From positions 4,311 to 37,824 of the forward strand of contig CAYJXD010000002.1 of the NCBI GenBank assembly GCA_964374085.1: a DNA stretch of 33,514 nt, written 5' to 3'. The stretch is from an uncultured Methanosarcinales archaeon. Lineage in GTDB: Archaea > Nanobdellota > Nanobdellia > Woesearchaeales > UBA10216. Within the stretch, counting starts at the first letter, position 1. Each line of letters starts with the position of its first letter. This document shows positions 24,017 through 31,230 of the stretch, piece by piece. The notes under the pieces are model-generated. The model saw nothing but the letters and a program-made list of their open reading frames with translations. It was not told the DNA's origin and did not search any database. Both the position numbers and the translations under genes were made by a program.

Positions 24017-26834
24017 GGTTTACAGGAAAGGAAGGGACATAAGGGCCGAGTCATTTAGGAAGTCCTTTGCCGAGGATTTGGGGATTTTCGCAGAGAGCAT
24101 CGTGACCGCTGAAGTCTACAGCATGGACGGGATAAGGGATGATGAGGAGTTCAAGCTTGTTGTGGACGAGCTCCTCAATGAGCCGCTTGTGAGCACAATG
24201 TTCATTGGGAACAAGCCGCAAAAGGGAATGTGGATTTTTGAAGTTGCATACAGGCCAGGGGTGCAGGACCCTGCTGAATTGAGCGCAATCAAGGCCATAA
24301 GCGACCTGGGCGCCAACATTTACTCTGTCAAGACTTCCTTCAAGCTGGCTGTCAAGGGCATAAACAAGAATGATGCAGCCAAAATATCAAAATATGTTGC
24401 CAACGAGATAATACAGGAATGCCATTACAATTACGAGTTTGTGAATTATGAGCCTAAATCAGTGGCTGAGCTGAAGGATGAGATTGCTGAAGTTGATATT
24501 CTGGAAGCAGATGATGAAAGGCTGCTGCAAATCAGCAAGGACTACTCGCTGAAGCTCAACCTTGAGGAAATGAAGGCAGTGAAGAAATACTTCTTTTCAA
24601 AAGGAAGAAATCCCACAGACGGAGAGATTTCCTGCATTGCCCAGACCTGGAGCGAGCACTGCAAGCACAAGACATTCAACTCTGAGTTTGAGTTTGACAA
24701 CAATGGAGTAACCGAGGTAATTCCAAACCTGTTCAAGGACACAATTGTGGCTGCAACTTCCAAAATCAAGAAAGACTGGTATGTTTCTGTTTTCAAGGAC
24801 AATGCAGGCATAATTAAGTTTGACCGCGAGTTTAATGTTGCCTTCAAGGTTGAGACCCATAACCACCCTTCTGCTCTTGACCCTTACGGCGGCGCAGGCA
24901 CTGGGATTGGTGGAGTCATAAGGGACATTCTTGGCGCAGGATTGGGTGCATGGCCTATTTTCAGCACTGATGTTTTCTGCTTTGCCCCGCCTGATTACAA
25001 GGGCGAGATTCCGGAAAAGATACTGCATCCCAAGAGGATAATGAAAGGCGTTGTATCTGGAGTCAGGGATTATGGGAACAGGATTGGAATCCCGACAATC
25101 AACGGCGCAATAATTTTCCATGATGATTACCTGGGCGCCCCCCTTGTCTATTGCGGAACAGCAGGAATAATTCCAAAGGGAATGGAAGGCAAGAAGGCAA
25201 GCCCTGGCGAGCTGATAGTTGTGGTTGGGGGAAGGACTGGAAGGGATGGGATTCACGGCGCGACTTTCAGCTCAGAAGTCCTGGACGAGACGTCTTCCGG
25301 AGCTGCTGTGCAGATTGGAAATGCAATTGAGGAAAAAAAGCTTTTGGATGCAATCATTGAAGCCAGGGACAAGAAACTTTACACATGCATCACTGATTGT
25401 GGCGGTGGGGGATTCAGCTCTGCGATTGGGGAGATGGCAAAAGACACGGGAGCGAGAATTTTCCTTGAGAAAGCCCCATTGAAATACAGCGGGCTCAAGC
25501 CGTGGGAAATATGGCTTTCTGAATCGCAGGAAAGGATGATTGTAACGGTTCCAAAAGAAAAGATTGATGAGTTCCTTGAGATTTGCGCCAAAGAGGACTC
25601 CGAGGCTGCGATAATTGGGGAAATCACCGATACAAAGTCTCTTGAAGTCCTGCACAATGGCAGGCAGTTGATTGACATGGACATGGATTTCCTTCACGAC
25701 GGCATTCCTAAGTCAAGGAAAAAGGCAGCCTGGAAGAAGCCTGAATTGGAAGAGCCTGTTATAAGGCAGCAAGACAGTTACACTGAAACCCTAAAGCAGC
25801 TTCTTTCCCATCCAACAATCGCAAGCAAGGAATGGGTCATCCGCCAGTACGACCATGAGGTGCAGGCAGCAACTGTGATAAAGCCGTTGGTTGGAATTGC
25901 CAATGACGGGCCTGGAGACGCTTCTGTCGTGAGGCCAATTCCTGATTCCTGGAAGGGAGTGATGGTTTCAAACGGAATCAATCCCCGCTATGGTTTCATT
26001 GACCCGTACTGGATGGCTGCCTCTGCAATTGACGAGTCATTGAGGAACATCATAGCCACAGGCGGAAACATCAAGCACACTGCAATCCTTGACAACTTCT
26101 GCTGGGCGAGTTCAAAGGACGAGGAAAAGCTCGGGTCTCTTGTGCTCGCGGCAAAAGCCTGCCATGATTTCGCAACCATATTCAATGTTCCATTCATCTC
26201 AGGCAAGGACAGCCTCAACAATGAATTCATTGCCAACGGGAAAAGGATTAGGATTCCAGACACTCTTCTCATCTCAGCAATAAGCGTTGTTGATGACATA
26301 AGGAAATGTATCACAATGGATGCAAAGGCTGCTGGCAACAGCATTTACATCATCGGGAAGACTTATGACGAGCTTGGAGGCTCGCATTATTATGAGCTGA
26401 ACAATGAGATAGGCAAGAATGTTCCAACGGTTAGGCAGGATGCAGTGATAGTTTTTGAGCGGCTTTCCAATGCAATTGCTTTAGGGCTAGTCAGGAGCTG
26501 CCATGACCTTTCCGAAGGCGGACTGGCTGTTTCTGCTGCAGAAATGGCCTTTGCTGGCGGCCTTGGAATGGCGATTGAGCTGGAAAAGTTTCCTTATGAC
26601 GGCGAAAGGAGGAATGACAAGCTGTTGTTTTCAGAATCCAATTCAAGGTTCATTGTTGAGATTGAAAAGGGAAAGGAAAAGGATTTTGAAAATGTGATGG
26701 GAGGCGCTTCTGCAAGGATTGGGGAGCTGAAATCAGAGCCATACCTGGCAATTAAAGGCTTTGGAGGGAAGAATGTCATTGACTGCCCGATTGAAGAATT
26801 GAAGAATTCATGGCAGCAGACTTTCAGGTGGTGA
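24003..26834 (+). CDS. purL: FGAM synthase II with two N-terminal PurS-like repeats (PurS-PurS-PurL fusion)
   Basis: Residues ~1-70 and ~76-150 each resemble PurS. The second repeat is clear: WIFEVAYRPGVQDPAELSAIKAISDLG...KYVANEIIQECHY. The PurL core follows: WSEHCKHKTF, VETHNHPSALDPYGGAGTGIGGVIRD and GGRTGRDGIHGATFSS. No separate purS ORF is present. Confidence 0.9.
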   Translation: MLRVEVYRKGRDIRAESFRKSFAEDLGIFAESIVTAEVYSMDGIRDDEEFKLVVDELLNEPLVSTMFIGNKPQKGMWIFEVAYRPGVQDPAELSAIKAISDLGANIYSVKTSFKLAVKGINKNDAAKISKYVANEIIQECHYNYEFVNYEPKSVAELKDEIAEVDILEADDERLLQISKDYSLKLNLEEMKAVKKYFFSKGRNPTDGEISCIAQTWSEHCKHKTFNSEFEFDNNGVTEVIPNLFKDTIVAATSKIKKDWYVSVFKDNAGIIKFDREFNVAFKVETHNHPSALDPYGGAGTGIGGVIRDILGAGLGAWPIFSTDVFCFAPPDYKGEIPEKILHPKRIMKGVVSGVRDYGNRIGIPTINGAIIFHDDYLGAPLVYCGTAGIIPKGMEGKKASPGELIVVVGGRTGRDGIHGATFSSEVLDETSSGAAVQIGNAIEEKKLLDAIIEARDKKLYTCITDCGGGGFSSAIGEMAKDTGARIFLEKAPLKYSGLKPWEIWLSESQERMIVTVPKEKIDEFLEICAKEDSEAAIIGEITDTKSLEVLHNGRQLIDMDMDFLHDGIPKSRKKAAWKKPELEEPVIRQQDSYTETLKQLLSHPTIASKEWVIRQYDHEVQAATVIKPLVGIANDGPGDASVVRPIPDSWKGVMVSNGINPRYGFIDPYWMAASAIDESLRNIIATGGNIKHTAILDNFCWASSKDEEKLGSLVLAAKACHDFATIFNVPFISGKDSLNNEFIANGKRIRIPDTLLISAISVVDDIRKCITMDAKAAGNSIYIIGKTYDELGGSHYYELNNEIGKNVPTVRQDAVIVFERLSNAIALGLVRSCHDLSEGGLAVSAAEMAFAGGLGMAIELEKFPYDGERRNDKLLFSESNSRFIVEIEKGKEKDFENVMGGASARIGELKSEPYLAIKGFGGKNVIDCPIEELKNSWQQTFRW

Positions 26835-26835
26835 A

Positions 26836-27591
26836 ATGAAAGCAAAAGCATTGGTTTTAATGGGCTCGGGATTCAACTGCAACAACGAGACAGGGCACGC
26901 GCTAAAGCTGGCCGGAGCAATGGTGACACAGGCACATATCAATGAGATTGCATCCAAAGTAAGTCTGATGGATTTTCAAATAATGGTTCTGCCGGGAGGC
27001 TTCTGCTATGGCGATGACCTTGGCGCTGGAAAAGTCATGGCAAACCAGATAAGGCACGTCATCAAGGACGACATGAAGAAGTTTATAAACGACGGCAGGA
27101 TTCTCGCGGGAATCTGCAACGGGTTCCAGGTATTGGTCAAGACAGGCTTCCTGCCCGGAAACATTGTTTCAACGCTTACAAGCAACGACTCTGGGCATTT
27201 CGAGGACAGGTGGGTTTACCTAAAGCCAGAAGCAGAGAACATTTTCACGAAAGGAATAAGCAAAATGTATGTGCCGGTAAACCATGGGGAAGGCAAATTC
27301 GTTTCAGGGAATATAGATGCCCTTAAGGAAGCCAGGCAGGTTTCATTTGTTTATTGCGATGAAAATCTAAATGAAACCATGTCTTATCCGCTCAATCCAA
27401 ATGGCTCAGCTTCAGCAATAGCCGCTGTCACGAATGAGCAGGGAAACGTTTTTGGAATGATGCCGCATCCTGAAAAGCACGTTTCAAGGTACCAGCACCC
27501 AAGATGGACCCGGGAACAGCTGCCTGAGGAAGGCGATGGATTGCAGATTTTCAGGAATATGGTTGATTATGCTAGGGAAAAATTAACTTGA
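26836..27591 (+). CDS. purQ: FGAM synthase I, glutaminase subunit
   Basis: The start lies 1 nt after the purL stop. The nucleophile motif is GICNGFQVL, and the His-Glu pair lies in MMPHPE. Confidence 0.92.
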   Translation: MKAKALVLMGSGFNCNNETGHALKLAGAMVTQAHINEIASKVSLMDFQIMVLPGGFCYGDDLGAGKVMANQIRHVIKDDMKKFINDGRILAGICNGFQVLVKTGFLPGNIVSTLTSNDSGHFEDRWVYLKPEAENIFTKGISKMYVPVNHGEGKFVSGNIDALKEARQVSFVYCDENLNETMSYPLNPNGSASAIAAVTNEQGNVFGMMPHPEKHVSRYQHPRWTREQLPEEGDGLQIFRNMVDYAREKLT

Positions 27592-28920
27592 ATTTGGCGC
27601 AAATGTTCTTGGGTTTGTTCTAAGATTGTTCCTGTAGGTCTCCCATCCAACTGTCATTTCGTTTACCATTGCAGAAAACGCTTTCTCCAAAGTGTAATAA
27701 TTCCTTGTTGAAACCCCGAAATCGTAATCAAATTTGCCTGAAGTCACAACAATAAGCTTCCTATCTGGGAATTGCTCTCTGAACATAAGTATTTTTTCAA
27801 TTCCATCAGCACCTTCGGAAGGGTGTGCCATAATTTCAAGCCAATATTCATTTCCCTTGCTGCTTCTTGCTGAAAAATCAAGATTAAAATCAACTGTCAG
27901 CCCTCTAAAAAGGTTTTTTCTTCTTTCATCAACATTGAGTGTTACGGTCACGTCTGGTGTTATGGAAAAACCCAGGCACCTAAGCATCCTGTAAATGTTT
28001 GCCTCCCACATCGATTTTGCAACATAAGGCACATCAGCCCTTCTTCCGCTTATTGTATCTAAATATTTTTGCCTGTTTTCAGGGTCGTGTATTCCCGCAT
28101 GTTTTGCTGCAGATGATTTCCCGCCGCTAACTCCAATTTCATGTTTTCTTTGAGGAGAATATGTAAAAATAGTTGTCCTTGCAGCATATGCAGCCTGGCC
28201 TCCAATTTTTCCTGCCTCTGCAGATATTGCACTTCTTTTCTCATGGCTAAGCCCATGCACCCCTGCTTTTTGATCATATGATGCACGCCCTCCTAGAACG
28301 CAATATCTCACACCTTCATCATTAGTGCCAAAAATACCCTTCTTTTTTTCACGAGCCACAGTTCCTGCATTTGAAGACACCTTCTTTCTTTTTTCTTCAG
28401 AAAATCCATGCACTCCAGCGCCTAACTCTGCACTTCTTTTTCCTGCTTTGCTTGCATTGGCCCTTCTAACTTCCGGAGCAACCTTTGTCACATTTAGATT
28501 TCCTGCTCTAATGGCGCTAAGACCCCTTTGCCTTGCCTCTTCAACCTTTTCAGGAGATAAGCCATAAAACCCTATTCCTAGCTCAACGTTTCTGGCAGAC
28601 GCTTCGCTCGCAGTTAACCTTGGAATTCCAAAGTAAAGGAAGAAATGCTCAATTGTCCTTCTTTCTATCCCAAGTTCCTTTTCAAGCTCCTCAATACTCT
28701 TATTCCCAAATTGGTGCTGCCTGGCCAAATAATATGGGAGCCTTTGGCCATGAGCGGATAACACTATTGTTTCTATTCCTTCCAGCCTCTTGATGTTGCT
28801 TGCGCTAAATCCCTGCACTTCAGAAACTGGTGCAGACCAAAATCCATTTAATTCAGCAGGCGAAGTTAGCTTCATTTGGGAAGAGAATCTGTGCTGCTTT
28901 TTAAGCGTTATTAAAGTCAA
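27583..28920 (-). CDS. Orphan modular protein: HTH, ~7 degenerate 25-aa repeats, and a PD-(D/E)xK-like C-terminal domain (homing-endonuclease-like layout)
   Basis: The listed start is TTG 28920; the first ATG is at 28875. The HTH spans aa ~74-100 (SIEELEKELGIERRTIEHFFLYFGI). The repeats span aa ~104-286, with core G-(V/I)-H-G-x-S-x-E-K-R (GIGFYGLSPEKV, GAGVHGFSEEKR, KAGVHGLSHEKR, HAGIHDPENR). The C-terminus has SMWE...LTVDFNLDF...YWLEIM, a nuclease-like E / D / E-x-(M) pattern. It converges on purQ with a 9-bp overlap. Confidence 0.65.
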   Translation of the reverse strand: MTLITLKKQHRFSSQMKLTSPAELNGFWSAPVSEVQGFSASNIKRLEGIETIVLSAHGQRLPYYLARQHQFGNKSIEELEKELGIERRTIEHFFLYFGIPRLTASEASARNVELGIGFYGLSPEKVEEARQRGLSAIRAGNLNVTKVAPEVRRANASKAGKRSAELGAGVHGFSEEKRKKVSSNAGTVAREKKKGIFGTNDEGVRYCVLGGRASYDQKAGVHGLSHEKRSAISAEAGKIGGQAAYAARTTIFTYSPQRKHEIGVSGGKSSAAKHAGIHDPENRQKYLDTISGRRADVPYVAKSMWEANIYRMLRCLGFSITPDVTVTLNVDERRKNLFRGLTVDFNLDFSARSSKGNEYWLEIMAHPSEGADGIEKILMFREQFPDRKLIVVTSGKFDYDFGVSTRNYYTLEKAFSAMVNEMTVGWETYRNNLRTNPRTFAPNSS

Positions 28921-29093
28921 AAAATTTATTATCTATGAGAAACTACCCATTATTATGGCAGTTTTAAAAAGGGCAGAGGTGCTTATTATCCTTGATGAAT
29001 CAAAGTATACTTATTTTCCAGAATGCCTGTCCAATCCATCTAAACAAATTAAAAGGAAAAGATAAACATCTTCTTTCCGAAAAACTTAAATAC

Positions 29094-29111
29094 TACTATG
29101 AGTTCATAGTA
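29094..29111. promoter_or_regulatory. 18-bp palindrome, candidate VapB (AbrB-type) operator
   Basis: The sequence tactatga gt tcatagta has perfect 8-bp inverted arms and a 2-nt spacer. It lies ~32 nt upstream of the vapB start and just downstream of the A/T box aaaaacttaaatac. Confidence 0.45.
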
Positions 29112-29142
29112 ATAAATTACTAGGGATTCATAGGTGATGTGA

Positions 29143-29406
29143 TTGTCCACTACAAAAGTTACCAGGAACTTCCAGATAACCCTGCCAAGGGATGTGAGGG
29201 ATTTGGCAGGAATCAGCATAGGCGACACTCTCAACGTAGCCGCTGACTCAAAGACCGGAGAAGTCAAGATAACAAAGACTTCTCCAAAGGAAGCTGTTCT
29301 TAACGCCACTGGAATATGGAAACCTGTAAAGGATTCCGTGTCCTATGTAAGGTCCTTAAGGTATGAAGCTGAAAAATCCAGGAGAAGAAAATGGAAAGGG
29401 TTCTGA
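29143..29406 (+). CDS. vapB: AbrB/SpoVT-family antitoxin
   Basis: The TTG start has aggtga (29132-29138) upstream. The swapped-hairpin motif is VTRNFQITLPRDVRDLAGISIGDTLNV. It overlaps the downstream PIN gene by 16 nt. Confidence 0.8.
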   Translation: MSTTKVTRNFQITLPRDVRDLAGISIGDTLNVAADSKTGEVKITKTSPKEAVLNATGIWKPVKDSVSYVRSLRYEAEKSRRRKWKGF

Positions 29407-29771
29407 TTGACACAGATATCTTCATCGATTGCTTTAGCAATTATGGACAAAGCTCAGAGCTGCTTTCATCATGGCTTGAAGGCAAAGAGGTATACTTTTC
29501 GGCAATAACGGAAACAGAGCTGTTGGCAGGGAAGGACTGCAGGAAGCCTGAAGTGGAAAATAAGGTCCTTGCCCTGTTAATGCAGGCAAGGAAGGTTGAA
29601 GTTGATAACTGGATTGCAAGGAATGCCGGGCAAATGAAAAGGGAATGCCCGATTTCTACGACTGACGCCCTTATAGCCGCAAGCGCTCTGAAAGTTGATG
29701 CCGTCCTTTATACCAGGAACTTGAAGGATTTCAGGCAAATAAAAGGCCTCAAGGCAAAGGCTCCTTACTAG
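29391..29771 (+). CDS. vapC: PIN-domain ribonuclease toxin
   Basis: MERVLIDTDIFID (N-terminal Asp), ITETELLAG, TTDALIAASAL and YTRNLKDF. Together these give the typical PIN acidic quartet layout. Confidence 0.85.
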   Translation: MERVLIDTDIFIDCFSNYGQSSELLSSWLEGKEVYFSAITETELLAGKDCRKPEVENKVLALLMQARKVEVDNWIARNAGQMKRECPISTTDALIAASALKVDAVLYTRNLKDFRQIKGLKAKAPY

Positions 29772-29779
29772 GCATAACC

Positions 29780-29789
29780 ATTAAAAAAG
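29780..29789 (+). promoter_or_regulatory. TATA-like box, candidate promoter for a leaderless purE
   Basis: The box attaaaaaag is centred ~27 nt upstream of the purE ATG at 29811, in the 39-nt gap after vapC. Confidence 0.35.
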
Positions 29790-29810
29790 AAACTTCTTAA
29801 CCGTTTTGCT

Positions 29811-30575
29811 ATGGGAAGCGTTCTCGTCTTGTTTGCAAGCAAGACAAACAAGCCAATATATGACAGGGTTTGCTCTGAACTGAAAAGGTTAAAAGTTGAG
29901 CATGACCTGAGGATATTCTCTGCGCACAAGACTCCTAAAGAGCTTGAGTCTTTCCTCAATGGCAAGGAATATTCTGTTATAATAGCAGGCGCAGGGATGT
30001 CAGCCCACCTTGCCGGAGTGGTTGCGGCAAAGAACTTATGCCCTGTCATTGGCGTTCCCTGCAGCGATAACTTCGGCGGGCTTGATGCGCTTCTTTCGAC
30101 AATCAACATGCCTCCCGGAATCCCAGTCCTCACTGTTGGAATTGACTGCGCTGAGGAGGCTGCAAGGGCAGCATCGAAAATAATGAAGGCAGAAAAGAAA
30201 GTTTACATTAACGTAAAAATAAAGCACGCTGAAAAGGCAGCTGACATGCTCAAAAAATTGAATGTGCCGTATGAATTCTCATACAGCATCCATGATGAAG
30301 GAATCAACATAAGGTTTGTTGAGCTCAATGAGATAAAGGCATTGAAGGGCAATGGCAGCCTGATAATAAACTGCCCTGTTTCAGAGTCGGCTGATGTAAA
30401 GGATGCCTTGAAGCTGGCAGATATCAGGCATGGATTGTGGACAAGCCTTAACAGGCCAGACAATGCTGCAATCGCTGCTGCAGAGATAATCGGGAACAGA
30501 AATGAGCTTCTGGAATACCGGAACGAAATTGCCGCCGCAGTGTTGAAAGCAGACAGGGAGGAGAGGAATGGTTAG
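29811..30575 (+). CDS. purE: PurE-family protein (CAIR mutase / AIR carboxylase) with a degenerate second PurE-like repeat
   Basis: First half: FSAHKTPKEL, IIAGAGMSAHLAGVVAAKNLCPVIGVP and GGLDALLSTINMPPGIPVLTV. The second half (aa ~130-254) keeps only the fold-like pattern and the C-terminal helix NAAIAAAEIIG...YRNEI. The usual N-terminal GSxSD loop reads ASKTN. Confidence 0.8.
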   Translation: MGSVLVLFASKTNKPIYDRVCSELKRLKVEHDLRIFSAHKTPKELESFLNGKEYSVIIAGAGMSAHLAGVVAAKNLCPVIGVPCSDNFGGLDALLSTINMPPGIPVLTVGIDCAEEAARAASKIMKAEKKVYINVKIKHAEKAADMLKKLNVPYEFSYSIHDEGINIRFVELNEIKALKGNGSLIINCPVSESADVKDALKLADIRHGLWTSLNRPDNAAIAAAEIIGNRNELLEYRNEIAAAVLKADREERNG

Positions 30576-31230
30576 GGCATTTGTTTTTGACAATGATGGA
30601 GTGGTGCTGGATTCTGAACCAATCCATACGCTGGCTTACTTGGAAGCGTTTTTAGGGCACGGAATTCCTGTCACAATTGAGCAGATAACTAGGCACAAAG
30701 GCAAGTCTGCCAAGGATGTTACAAATGCGCTTGCGAGAGAGGCTGGAATTGAATTGGAAGCAGCGGGACTGGAACTCTTGCTTAGGGATAGAAGCGCGGC
30801 ATACAGGATGATTGCAGCTGAGCGCCTAAAGCCGTTTCCTGACGCTGAGCTGCTTTTGAGGAACTTGATATCAATGGGATATCCGATTGCACTTGCCACT
30901 TCCGGCTCAAGAGACACTGCTGATTTTGTCCTTGAGCTAACTGGATTAAAGCAATACTTCAGGGCCATCATCACAGCTTCAGATGTGACTAAAGGAAAGC
31001 CAAACCCTGAAATTTATCTGAAAGCGGCAAGGAGCCTGGATGTCAGCCCAGGTGATTGCCTTGGGATTGAGGATTCTATTTTCGGCATTCAAGCAGTCAA
31101 GAGTGCGGGAATGAAATGCATTGGAGTGGCAACAACTTTTCCCAGGCAAGAGCTTGCCCTGGCTGATGTCATAGTTGGATGCCTCTCAGAAATAACCCCC
31201 AGGATAATAAGGAGGCTCGAATATGGTTAG
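30568..31230 (+). CDS. HAD-superfamily hydrolase, subfamily IA (beta-phosphoglucomutase/phosphatase-like)
   Basis: Motif I FVFDNDGVVLDSE, motif II LATSGS, motif III KGKPNPEIY and motif IV GIEDSIFGIQAVKSAG. Confidence 0.85.
   Translation: MVRAFVFDNDGVVLDSEPIHTLAYLEAFLGHGIPVTIEQITRHKGKSAKDVTNALAREAGIELEAAGLELLLRDRSAAYRMIAAERLKPFPDAELLLRNLISMGYPIALATSGSRDTADFVLELTGLKQYFRAIITASDVTKGKPNPEIYLKAARSLDVSPGDCLGIEDSIFGIQAVKSAGMKCIGVATTFPRQELALADVIVGCLSEITPRIIRRLEYG

Noticed and set aside
24597-25256. 219-aa minus-strand ORF, plus the ORFs at 25272-25697 and 25988-26344
   Set aside because: They are antisense to the strongly supported purL coding frame and have no recognisable domains.
28926-29020. Repeated TTATTAT(C) motifs (28926, 28950, 28983, and a related one at 29011) in the divergent spacer
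   Set aside because: They are short AT-only words in an AT-rich region with irregular spacing (24, 33, 28 nt). I cannot distinguish them from chance or generic promoter A/T boxes.
28790-29065. 91-aa plus-strand ORF spanning the 5' end of the 445-aa gene and the AT-rich spacer
   Set aside because: Half of it is antisense to the minus-strand gene. The rest lies in an AT-rich promoter region, and its composition is not coding-like.
29768-30133. 121-aa minus-strand ORF
   Set aside because: It is antisense to the PurE N-terminal half, which has clear PurE motifs on the plus strand.
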